A stretch of 45,418 nt of DNA from Gemmatimonadota bacterium (GTDB taxonomy: Bacteria > Latescibacterota > UBA2968 > UBA8231): NCBI GenBank assembly GCA_038128265.1, contig JAYPJE010000034.1, positions 1-45,418 on the forward strand, given 5' to 3'. The notes beneath the pieces were generated by a model. It ran no database searches. It was not told where the DNA came from and saw nothing but the letters and a program-made list of their open reading frames with translations. This document shows positions 20,301 through 28,165 of this stretch, piece after piece (position 1 is the stretch's first letter; the number at the start of each line of letters is the position of its first letter). The position numbers were made by a program, and so were the translations under genes.

Positions 20301-23300
20301 CGACGTGCTGTCAGGGGCCCCCTTCCAGACCCAGCCCACCCTACAGGCTCGGGATGCCGATGGACGCGTTGACACGCACTTTGCCGACATAATTACGCTG
20401 ACGACCAGCGCGCCAGGCACCCTCTCCGGCACCACCGCCCGCCAGGCCATAGCCGGCATCGCCGTTTTTGATGACGTCGCCTACGCCGCGACGGAAGACC
20501 ATCAGTCCTTTGCGCTGACAGCCGATGATCAACCCGATGGTTCAGGCGGTGACCTACCCAGCGTCAGCACCGCAAACCTCAGCGCCGATATCGTTGCCAC
20601 GCGCCTGGTATTCGCGCAGGCGCCGCGCACTAGCGCAGGTGTCGGTGCTGAGTTGCTCGACCCGGAGTTAACCGTGCGGGCCGTCCACCAGGATGGCGGC
20701 ATCGACGGCGAATTTACCGGACCCATATCCCTCAACGCGGTGGCCGTTGGCCAGTCGGTTCCGCTCCTGGGGTTTTCAGCGAGCCCAGCGCACACGCTAA
20801 CTCCGAGCAACGGACAGGTCACCTTCACGTCGGCCTCCTACGACAGCGCCGGACAGCTACAGCTCTTAGCCACTAGCGTCGGTTTAGAATCGGCGCGCAG
20901 TGCCACCATTTCTCAAGTGGGCACACTCGAACTGCGCGCTCCCCTCGAGCAAGTCCCCAACCAGTTAGCCTTTCAACGCGACGCAACACCGCGGCAGGTC
21001 GCCCTGATGTCCTTCGGTGCCGCTGCACGAGGCGAGGCACTTGCCTTAACCCATCTGAGCGCGCACCTGTCTTTTGGAAGCGGCATGTCGCCGACACACG
21101 TCGATACGCTGCACCTGTGGCGCGACAGCGGCTCGCTCAGCCTGCTGGATCCAGGCGATCGGCTGCTGGGCACTGCGGCGGTCGATGGCGATGGCGCGGC
21201 GCACTTTGCCAGCCTCCGCGATACATTGGATGGGCTCGGCACCTTTCTCATAACCTGGAGCGCGCGCAGCCCGCTGCAGGCGGGCTGGACTCTGCGCGCC
21301 GAACTCGAGGCAAACTCGATTCGCGCTATGAGCACGCGTATGAGTGGCGTTGCGGCATCAGCGTCCGGTGCCAGCATCGAAAGCGCCCTGCACGAAGTCG
21401 GTCTGGTAGGACAGCCACATCGACTGCTGCTTAGCGCCGCGCCGGATTCGCTAATAGCCGATAGCTTGTCGAGCACGACGCTTACCGCAACAATTGTCGA
21501 TGCCCAACAGCGTCCAATCACTACAGACAACCGCACGCTCGTCGCCTTTACAACAATCAGCGGTGATGTGTGGATTAGCGGCTCCCTATCGGCCCAGGCA
21601 CAAGGCGGCAGCGCCAGCACGGGGCTGCGCGCTGGCACGACGGCCGGCACGGCACGCGTCCGCGCCGGCGCCGCGGGCCTGCTGCCAGACACCATTGATG
21701 TCGCCCTGATCGCCGGTCCCGTAGCGAATATTGAACTGGTCGCTGATCCCCCGTCTATTTTGCTGGAGAACGGCGACCGCAGCGATGTGACCGCGCTTCT
21801 GCGCGATGCGTACGGCAACCTGACGGGCAACGGAGAAGAAGTCTCCTTTTCTCTAACTGGGTCTGGCCGCTTTGTGGACGATGCAAACAGCGCATACAGT
21901 TCCAACGGGCTCGCTAGCACGCAGGTGCAGGCGACCAACCCCGGCACGCTGCGCGTGGCGGCGGTTGCCCGGACGCTCCGCCGCGAAATGGACATTGCCG
22001 TCGTTGCCACACAGCCACCCTTTATATCGCTGAGCAGCTCCATCGCCGAACTACCCGCTAGCGGCACGCGCGCGGCCGACATCACTGCTTTTCTACGCGA
22101 TGCGCGCGGCGAACTGCTGAGTACGAACGATACGACGCGGGTGCGCTTCAGCATTGTTCAGGGACAGGCCACACTATCGCAGAGCGAAACCGTCGCCAAC
22201 AGCGGTTTGGCCAGCACACAGGTGCGCAGCTTAGGCCTAGCCGGACCGATTGTCGTGCGCGCCGAAGCCGAGCACTTGCAGGGCGCGGAAATCGAATTAC
22301 AGGCGCGCGCCGAAGCGGCCTACCGCCTCGACCTAGTCGTCGTACCCGCAACCATCGTAGCCGATCGGCAGTCCACGGCCGTGCTCTCTGCCGTAGTGCG
22401 CGACAGCTTGGGCAATATCGTCAGCGATGCGGCGGCTGATATCTCTTTCTCCATCGAGAGCGGCAATGCGGAAATCATCGGACCGCAAACAGCCATAACT
22501 CAGAACGGCACGGCACAGACCACCTTGCGCTCCTCTATCCGCGCCGAAGCGATTACGCTGCGCGCCGAAGCCCCGGGACTGCTATCCGGCAGCACGCAGC
22601 TGCAGCTCACAGCCGGTCCCGCAGCCAAAATCCAGCTGCGCGCCTCGCCGGCCGCACTGCCCGGAATTGATACGACGAGCGCAGAGCTCATCGCCGAAAT
22701 TCAAGACGTGCACGGCAATCGCATTTTGGCCGATTCGACAACCGTAGTCAGCTTTTCCATTTCCGGTGGCCCTGCCACCGTGCGGCCGCCGACGTTTTCA
22801 CGCGCCAGCGAAGGGCTCGCCCACGCGCGCCTGCTCTCCACGGGAGAAATAGGCAACATACTCGTGTTTGCCGGATCGTCCGGCCTAGCTCCGTCGACCT
22901 TTACTATTCCCGTACTCGAAACGCAACCACCGCGCTTTAATAGCGACGTAGTCCAGATCGAATTGGTAGAAGATGGACCCACTCAGCGCCTAGATCTTGG
23001 CTCCCTAGTGACCGATGTGGACTCGCCGATCGAACAACTCGTTTTTACCGTCTCTAACGCGGACATACCCCTGACGCTGCGGATTGATGGCCGACACCTC
23101 GTGGCGTCACCGACGACGCCCAACTTTGCCGACACCGTGCAAACCACGCTCGTCGTGCGCGATCCTAACGGCCTGGAGGATACGGCGGTGCTGCAAATCG
23201 CCGTTCTTCCGCAAAACGACCCGCCGCGCATTACGTCTGTTCCCGACACGGTTGCGACGGTCGACTCGCTCTACATATATGCGATAAGCAGCGTCGATGC

Positions 23301-24495
23301 CGACGGCGACGCCATGAGCTTTAACCTGCTTGAAGGGCCGCAGGGCATGCGCTTTGATCGCGCTATCGGCAGGGCGGCCTGGCGACCGGCCAGCGCCGGC
23401 ACGTATGAGGTGCGCATAGCCGTCAGCGATGGAACTGTCGCCAGCGAACAAACGTTTCGACTGCACGTTGTAGGCAGCACCGAGCGCATGGCCTTTGCCA
23501 GTGAACCCCCTCTGAGCGTGCGCCTCGGCAGGCTCTACAGATACCAGCCGCTGCTCTTAAATACACCTTCCACAGCGCCGCGCTTTTCCCTGCTTGCAGC
23601 CCCGCCGCGCATGCAGATCGACCCGGACACGGGTCTGATCAGCTGGATGCCAACCAGCGGCGATGCGACCCGTTCCGCGGTGACGCTGGTCGCATCGAGC
23701 GGCGTGCAGCAGGTCAGACAGCAATTCCAAATCGCGCTAACGGAGGGCAATACAGCACCGCAAATTACATCGACGCCGATCACTCAAACCCTAGTGGACT
23801 CACTCTATCTGTACCCGCTACGCGCCAGCGACGCAGACAGCGACACCTTGGTATTCACCATTGTGCGCGGTCCCACCACTATGCGCATCAACCCACTCAA
23901 CGGACTCATATCGTGGGTGCCCAAGCGGAGCGATATGGGCATCCATGACATCGCTGTGCGCACCTACGACGGCCAGTTTAACGACGAACAGGTCTTCCAG
24001 CTCAGCGTGCAGTCGCTCAACGCGCCGCCGCGCATAGTGCCACTCAAAGGCGTAACGGTTGAAGGCGGAACGGCCACGCTCCGCCTCATCGACCTGGTCA
24101 GCGATACCGATCACGCCTTTGCCGACCTCGAGTGGACGATTCGTCAGATAGACGGCGACCCCATCAACTACACCTATGCAGCAGGCGATGTGGCCGTTCT
24201 ATTTTCCGTTCCCAGTGCCTTTACCCAAGCCCGAATCCAACTTGAAGTGAACGATCCCGACGGCAATTCCGACCAGCACGCACTGCGCATAGCGCGTCGA
24301 CAGCAGAGCGATTTTAACGGCGATACCAGCATTGACCTGAGCGATTTCTTTGCGCTGGCCGACGCCTTTGGCGCGGCACCCAATGCAAAGAATTGGAATG
24401 AAAATGCCGACCTCAATCGCGACGGCATCATCAACCTCGACGACTTCTTCGCATTCATAGACAGCTTTAACCGAGCCAACCTACCCGAAAAGTAA
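17305..24495 (+). CDS. Giant secreted/surface Ig-repeat protein (2396 aa): signal peptide, 8-9 ~113-aa repeats, about 5 invasin/Big_1-like domains, about 5 cadherin/He_PIG-like domains, C-terminal dockerin/EF-hand-like pair
   Basis: Hydrophobic N-terminus ending VQA; DIVAT..F.TQP repeats; P..I.AD..ST..L.A.VRD..GN units at ~300-nt spacing (21409-22920); N.PP.ITS.P...LY.Y...D.DGD units; terminal DFNGDTSIDLSDFF and DLNRDGIINLDDFF. Confidence 0.88.
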   Translation: MPFGAFLAFCAVVLLAASAPVQATIVIFGHHQGLSGQSIARPGAEVPVYSVRLVNDGNSTLQSIALTLSDLSTPTGIGASAFAQLRLYRSADATFDAGSDSLLGTQNSVALGSPSTISLDAPLNWNSSFPYFIATLTLSTTHVDEVGTNKDAFRVGSAAGAIATSSGAIGGEIVADNANSVSIDVVATQVAFATQPVDATASNGDVVSGRAFATQPVLEARDAYGNVDVDASGSASIGVGSGSGSVSLSGSTGVNWTAGRAPFTNLAVTTASDAASFTLSATSSGLTSATSRSLVADIVATQMVFTAQPTHGGVANGDVLSGVAFQTQPVVSAQDADGRVDTDFNDAITLTTSAPGTLSGTTTRSASSGVATFTDITYTATVDQQSFALLADDLPGGSGGDLPSASTASRTADIVATKIVFATLPSDAAATNGNVVSGRAFTTQPVLEARNESGQRDLNFTGSVSLSLPPGNPSLSGTLSKTWISGRADFAGSGLRVTATSDATTFALSATSGSISGQSTTLTADIIATQMAFATQPADARAPNGDVVSGIAFQTQPTIEARNDDGVVDIHYAGNPPALTVQSGDVTLTGTTSANWSNGRASFSNLAVDAASEGQSFALAAANDGGLTPVTTNALVADIVATQMVFTAQPTHSGVSNGDVLSGVPFQTQPIVSAQDAGGRIDTHFNDTIALTTSAPGTLSGATSQQATSGVATFTNIAYTATADQQSFALLADDLPGGSGGDLPSASTNSRTADIVATKIVFTTLPSDAAATNGDVVSGRAFATQPILEAVNESGQRDLNFTGNATIALASGSATLLGTTSVAWSAGRALFDASGLGISTSGDGVTFALRASATGLADATTSTLTADIVATKIAFTTQPSDPAASNGSVVSGRVFATQPVLEAVNESGQKDLHLSNVPVTLAVQSDAVTLLGTATTNWVSGRAAFANLSASATGDAAPFTLSATSAGLISADSNALVADIVATQMVFTTQPAHGGLATDDVLSGAPFQTQPTLQARDADGRVDTHFADIITLTTSAPGTLSGTTARQAIAGIAVFDDVAYAATEDHQSFALTADDQPDGSGGDLPSVSTANLSADIVATRLVFAQAPRTSAGVGAELLDPELTVRAVHQDGGIDGEFTGPISLNAVAVGQSVPLLGFSASPAHTLTPSNGQVTFTSASYDSAGQLQLLATSVGLESARSATISQVGTLELRAPLEQVPNQLAFQRDATPRQVALMSFGAAARGEALALTHLSAHLSFGSGMSPTHVDTLHLWRDSGSLSLLDPGDRLLGTAAVDGDGAAHFASLRDTLDGLGTFLITWSARSPLQAGWTLRAELEANSIRAMSTRMSGVAASASGASIESALHEVGLVGQPHRLLLSAAPDSLIADSLSSTTLTATIVDAQQRPITTDNRTLVAFTTISGDVWISGSLSAQAQGGSASTGLRAGTTAGTARVRAGAAGLLPDTIDVALIAGPVANIELVADPPSILLENGDRSDVTALLRDAYGNLTGNGEEVSFSLTGSGRFVDDANSAYSSNGLASTQVQATNPGTLRVAAVARTLRREMDIAVVATQPPFISLSSSIAELPASGTRAADITAFLRDARGELLSTNDTTRVRFSIVQGQATLSQSETVANSGLASTQVRSLGLAGPIVVRAEAEHLQGAEIELQARAEAAYRLDLVVVPATIVADRQSTAVLSAVVRDSLGNIVSDAAADISFSIESGNAEIIGPQTAITQNGTAQTTLRSSIRAEAITLRAEAPGLLSGSTQLQLTAGPAAKIQLRASPAALPGIDTTSAELIAEIQDVHGNRILADSTTVVSFSISGGPATVRPPTFSRASEGLAHARLLSTGEIGNILVFAGSSGLAPSTFTIPVLETQPPRFNSDVVQIELVEDGPTQRLDLGSLVTDVDSPIEQLVFTVSNADIPLTLRIDGRHLVASPTTPNFADTVQTTLVVRDPNGLEDTAVLQIAVLPQNDPPRITSVPDTVATVDSLYIYAISSVDADGDAMSFNLLEGPQGMRFDRAIGRAAWRPASAGTYEVRIAVSDGTVASEQTFRLHVVGSTERMAFASEPPLSVRLGRLYRYQPLLLNTPSTAPRFSLLAAPPRMQIDPDTGLISWMPTSGDATRSAVTLVASSGVQQVRQQFQIALTEGNTAPQITSTPITQTLVDSLYLYPLRASDADSDTLVFTIVRGPTTMRINPLNGLISWVPKRSDMGIHDIAVRTYDGQFNDEQVFQLSVQSLNAPPRIVPLKGVTVEGGTATLRLIDLVSDTDHAFADLEWTIRQIDGDPINYTYAAGDVAVLFSVPSAFTQARIQLEVNDPDGNSDQHALRIARRQQSDFNGDTSIDLSDFFALADAFGAAPNAKNWNENADLNRDGIINLDDFFAFIDSFNRANLPEK
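17854..20586 (+). repeat. Eight tandem intragenic repeats (336-348 nt) arranged A-B-C-A-B-C-A-B
   Basis: Units start at the D of D(V/I)(V/I)AT at 17854, 18193, 18541, 18877, 19216, 19564, 19903 and 20239, with a degenerate ninth at 20587; super-period 1023-1026 nt. Confidence 0.92.
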
Positions 24496-24522
24496 AAGGG
24501 CGGTCACTCTATGTGACCGCCC
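24494..24522. terminator. Terminator hairpin between convergent genes
   Basis: Perfect 10-bp stem GGGCGGTCAC-TCTAT-GTGACCGCCC directly after the giant gene's stop; the AAAA on its left gives a U-tract on the minus strand. Confidence 0.75.
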
Positions 24523-24557
24523 CTATTCCCACCGCTGCCGTAGCGAAGCCCGGCGAT

Positions 24558-25523
24558 TTAGCGCTCGTAATATTTGATAATGTGGCGCAGCGCCTCCTCG
24601 AGACCAACGCCGGGGTTGTAGCCGACGCAGTTGCGGATCTTGGCCAAGTCGGGGGCGCGGTACATCAGGTCTTCGTACGTGCCCTTGGGCCAGGCCTGGT
24701 CGTAGGGCACAAATTCGATTTCGGAGCTGCTAGACGTTAACTCCTTGACCGTAAAAGCCAGGTCGCGAATGCTGGTTTCAAAGTGCGAGCCGAGATTGAA
24801 TATCTCGCCCACAGCAGCGTCGCTAGTAGCCAGCGCAATCAGTCCGTCGAGGGCGTCGTCGATATAGGTCCAGCAGCGCCGCTGCTCACCGTCGCCGTAC
24901 ACCGTGATGGGGTGGCCGAGCAGAGCCTGTTTTACAAAGCGCGGCACGACCATGCCATAGTGTCCCGACTGGCGCGGCCCAATCACATTAAAGGGACGCA
25001 CAATCACGCACGGCAGGCGCTTCTCGCGCCAGTAGGCCAGCGCAAACAGTTCGTCGACGGCTTTCGAGGTCGAATAATTCCAGCGGATCACCGTAGTCGG
25101 CCCCAGCATGCGGTCGCTGTTTTCGGCAAAGGGCACGTGCCCATTTTTCTTGCCGTAAATTTCCGACGTAGAGGCGATGACGACTTTTTTCTTTTTCTCG
25201 TTGGCCAGTTCGAGAATAATTTCCGTGCCGCGAATATTGGAAATAAGCGAGGTCAGCGGGTTTTCTATGATAAAGTTGACACCAACGGCTGCGGCCAGAT
25301 GGTAGATCATATCACAACCGTCGACCAACTCGCGCATGACGTCGACGTTGAGCACGTCGTCAATCACTACGCTGCAGTTCGAATTGTCTTCCAGGTGCTG
25401 TATGTTCTCGATGCTACCCGTGGACAGGTTGTCTATAATCGCCACGCTGTCACCCATATTGAGGTGACGCTCGGACAGGTGCGAACCAATAAACCCTGCA
25501 CCTCCGGTAATTAACACTCTCAT
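24558..25523 (-). CDS. NAD-dependent nucleotide-sugar epimerase/dehydratase (extended SDR)
   Basis: Motifs TGGAGFIGSH, HLAAAVGV, ASTSEIYGK, YSTSK (YxxxK) and RPFNVIGPRQ. Confidence 0.93.
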   Translation of the reverse strand: MRVLITGGAGFIGSHLSERHLNMGDSVAIIDNLSTGSIENIQHLEDNSNCSVVIDDVLNVDVMRELVDGCDMIYHLAAAVGVNFIIENPLTSLISNIRGTEIILELANEKKKKVVIASTSEIYGKKNGHVPFAENSDRMLGPTTVIRWNYSTSKAVDELFALAYWREKRLPCVIVRPFNVIGPRQSGHYGMVVPRFVKQALLGHPITVYGDGEQRRCWTYIDDALDGLIALATSDAAVGEIFNLGSHFETSIRDLAFTVKELTSSSSEIEFVPYDQAWPKGTYEDLMYRAPDLAKIRNCVGYNPGVGLEEALRHIIKYYER

Positions 25524-25556
25524 AGTTGCATGATCCCTATAAACATCTCCAGCCGG

Positions 25557-26216
25557 TCACGTAAGACGAGCATGGACCAGATAGTCTCGGCTCAAATGGT
25601 GTATATCGACGTGCTCCCAGCCGCTTTCCCGCAGCAGGCGCTCTACTTGCCCTGCGCTATAAAAATACACGGGACAGCCGTTTGCGTTTAACCGCAGCCA
25701 GCGAGGCAGGGTGCGCAAGGTCCAGCGTTTTGGAAAGCTAAAGATGCAGTCGGCCGCGTCAAGAGCACGCATGCGCTCCAAGAAGGCAGCGGGCGCTTCA
25801 ATATAGTCAAAAAAACCTATCGCCAAGCATATATCAAAGTGGTCTGAGTCAGACCAAGTGAGAAAATCGCACTGCTCAAAACGGCACTGCTCGGCCACCC
25901 CGGCGTCTCGAGCCGCCTCGTTTGCCAGATCGACCATGCCCTGGGCAAAGTCCAGGCCGACGATCTCCGCACCTCGGTGGGCCAATTCCACGCCATAGCG
26001 CGCCGATCCACAGCCGACGTCGAGAACGCGCTTGCCCTGCGGCGTTCCGAGCAGTTCGAGCGTAAGTTCAAAGCGCCGGTGAATTACGCCGCGGAACAGC
26101 CCGTCGACTATTTTCTGTCCAACGCCTTTATCGCTGCGATATATAGCGTCGAAGCGCTCTGCAGCACCGTCGAAATAGCGGCGAACCCGCTCTCCACCGG
26201 TCGTACCAACACTCAC
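25557..26216 (-). CDS. Class I SAM-dependent methyltransferase, 219 aa
   Basis: Motif I VLDVGCGSA and GLDFAQGM. GTG 26216 overlaps the deacetylase TGA and has GGGAG upstream. Confidence 0.88.
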   Translation of the reverse strand: MSVGTTGGERVRRYFDGAAERFDAIYRSDKGVGQKIVDGLFRGVIHRRFELTLELLGTPQGKRVLDVGCGSARYGVELAHRGAEIVGLDFAQGMVDLANEAARDAGVAEQCRFEQCDFLTWSDSDHFDICLAIGFFDYIEAPAAFLERMRALDAADCIFSFPKRWTLRTLPRWLRLNANGCPVYFYSAGQVERLLRESGWEHVDIHHLSRDYLVHARLT

Positions 26217-27049
26217 GTCGCGTCTCCCAAACCCAGCACTTCCACCATTGGGGCGAAGGAAAAGTCGCGCAATAGACGACGCAGGCGCGCCTCCGTCCGC
26301 TCGAGGTTCCAATAGTGCGTTAGGCTAATTCTACGAGGTAAATCCAGACGCGGATGGCCCGGATCTAATTCCCAGGGATGTATGTAAAAGGCCGCGGACC
26401 GCCCAGAAGCGTTGATGCTCTGCAGGGCGAGCCTGGTTAGATAATAAGGAAATATGCGGAAATAGGCACCCCCTGCGACCGGTATATTTCGACCGCCGAG
26501 GCGCCAAGTCGACGGTGGAAATTCGACAAAGCCGCTGCGCACTTCGTAGGGCCAACGCGGGGCATCTGGTATTCCATAGCGATAGTTTTGCACGGGAAAG
26601 ACACTGGAGTCGTATAGAAGTCCCTCTTCGCCCATGATATCAAAGGCCCACTCGGTGCCTTTGACGATCGAAAAAAAGGGCGCCCGGTGACCGCGCGCGC
26701 AGCGCTCCCCCAAAATGTCCTCGATCACTGCCAGCGAGCGCCGCAGTTCGCTGCGAAACTGGTCTGCACCCAGCTTGTATACAAAGCGGTGGCTGTATCC
26801 GTGCGTGCCGACTTCATGCCCCGCTTGACGAATTTGCCGCAGCAGGTCCGGCGCGCGCTCCGCCGCGTGGCCTAGCGCAAAAAACGTCGCGCGCACACCG
26901 GCTTCGTCAAACAGCGTCAGCAGGCGGTCGGTTCCCACGCGCAGGCGATCTTCAAACCCGTGCCACTCGTCGATATCGATTTCCAGACCCTGGTACCAGT
27001 CTTCCCAATCGACGGTAAATGCATTTTTAATCGACGCGGGCTCACTCAC
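26213..27049 (-). CDS. Polysaccharide deacetylase (CE4, DUF3473 / PEP-CTERM-locus-like subfamily)
   Basis: Motifs FTVDWEDWY, ATFFALG, GHEVGTHGYSH, HRAPFFSI, YDSSVFP, VAGGAYFR and FYIHPWELDP. Confidence 0.92.
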   Translation of the reverse strand: MSEPASIKNAFTVDWEDWYQGLEIDIDEWHGFEDRLRVGTDRLLTLFDEAGVRATFFALGHAAERAPDLLRQIRQAGHEVGTHGYSHRFVYKLGADQFRSELRRSLAVIEDILGERCARGHRAPFFSIVKGTEWAFDIMGEEGLLYDSSVFPVQNYRYGIPDAPRWPYEVRSGFVEFPPSTWRLGGRNIPVAGGAYFRIFPYYLTRLALQSINASGRSAAFYIHPWELDPGHPRLDLPRRISLTHYWNLERTEARLRRLLRDFSFAPMVEVLGLGDAT

Positions 27050-28143
27050 GGGGTCCCACTCGCCGTTTCGCCCATGAGTGCCAGCAGTTTTTCGCGCGCT
27101 TTTTCCAAAGAGTAAATGTCCTCCATTTTGGCGCGTCCGGCCTGACCCATTTGTCGCCGCAGCGGCGCGTCAGCAACGAGATCGGCCATGCGCTCCACCC
27201 ATTCGCCGTGCGCGCGCGCCCAAAAGCCGTCTTTGCCGTCTTCGACAATCTGGCAGTTTATCCCGACGGGACTGGTGATGACGGGCAGTCCAACGGCCAT
27301 ATATTGGAGCAGCTTATATCCGCCTTTGCCGCGCGTCCACACATCGTCGGGAATCGGCATAAGCCCAATGTCGAACAGACGTAAGTCACCCACTTCGCTA
27401 TCCAAACTCCACGCCTTTGTTTCGACTGGCATATTTGTCAGAGCAAATTCGCGTGCGCCCACCACGTGCAGGCATACGTGATCAAAGCGCTGGCCGATTT
27501 CTTCTAGGGCGGGGCACAGCGCTTCCAGATAGGGCAGCGTGCTGGCGCTGCCAATCCATCCTAGTACAACGGAATCGGCGCGGGTGCGCTCGGGCCCGGG
27601 CGCATAGCGCTGCGTATCAATCGGTCCCGTTATAATCTCTACGCGTCGGCAGTGCTCGCGGGCGAAGCGCTCGGTGTATTGATTTTCAACCAGCGCCAGG
27701 TCCGCCATGCGCAACATCGCCGGCATCCCGCGCGCGTTGCGCTCCTGTTTGCGCGCCGCCAACCAATTTGCTTGTCGCACTTCCGTAGTGAATATGGCAT
27801 CATCGAAATCGTATATGAACGGCGTCTTTACGCGGGCGAGCAGGCGGCGAATAACCGAGGGAAAGATGACCTTCTGCACAAAGACTAGATCGCTGCGTCG
27901 AGCGACGGCAAGGACGCGCAGTCCGCACAGCAGCGTGCGCCCAAAGGCCCACGCATAGTAGAGCAGCTTGCGCAGCACCTGGCGCGTCACGAGGATCTGC
28001 GAACCGCCAATCTGCGCATCGGGCAGGACGGTAATCACCTCGCACTCGTGTCCGGCCGCTCTTATCGAGGGTAAATAGTCGAAGACGCGCGTGCGACTGC
28101 TGGCTGCCAGCACGCCGTACTGCGTAACAAAGAGAATGCGCAA
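27046..28143 (-). CDS. GT4 family glycosyltransferase, about 365 aa
   Basis: Motifs AASSRTRV, IYDFDDAIF, GWIGS and DIGLMP..DD.WTRGKGGYKLLQYMAVGLPVITSPVG. Start uncertain; TTG 28143 chosen. Confidence 0.88.
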   Translation of the reverse strand: MRILFVTQYGVLAASSRTRVFDYLPSIRAAGHECEVITVLPDAQIGGSQILVTRQVLRKLLYYAWAFGRTLLCGLRVLAVARRSDLVFVQKVIFPSVIRRLLARVKTPFIYDFDDAIFTTEVRQANWLAARKQERNARGMPAMLRMADLALVENQYTERFAREHCRRVEIITGPIDTQRYAPGPERTRADSVVLGWIGSASTLPYLEALCPALEEIGQRFDHVCLHVVGAREFALTNMPVETKAWSLDSEVGDLRLFDIGLMPIPDDVWTRGKGGYKLLQYMAVGLPVITSPVGINCQIVEDGKDGFWARAHGEWVERMADLVADAPLRRQMGQAGRAKMEDIYSLEKAREKLLALMGETASGTP

Positions 28144-28165
28144 ACCCGAAACGGGAACGGGCGCC

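Noticed and set aside
17854..20586. Repeats considered as a CRISPR array or a diversity-generating retroelement TR/VR pair
   Set aside because: Units are 336-348 nt, in frame and diverge largely at synonymous sites; no spacers, cas or reverse transcriptase genes, and no obvious adenine-specific variation.
20973..22154. 393-aa minus-strand ORF inside the giant gene
   Set aside because: Low-complexity S/A/R/P antisense frame with no recognisable domain.
17305..24495. Bacteroidota-type O-glycosylation sequons D-[ST]-[ALVIMT] in the giant protein
   Set aside because: I count roughly 18, about what the D/S/T-rich composition would give by chance, so this is not evidence of glycosylation.
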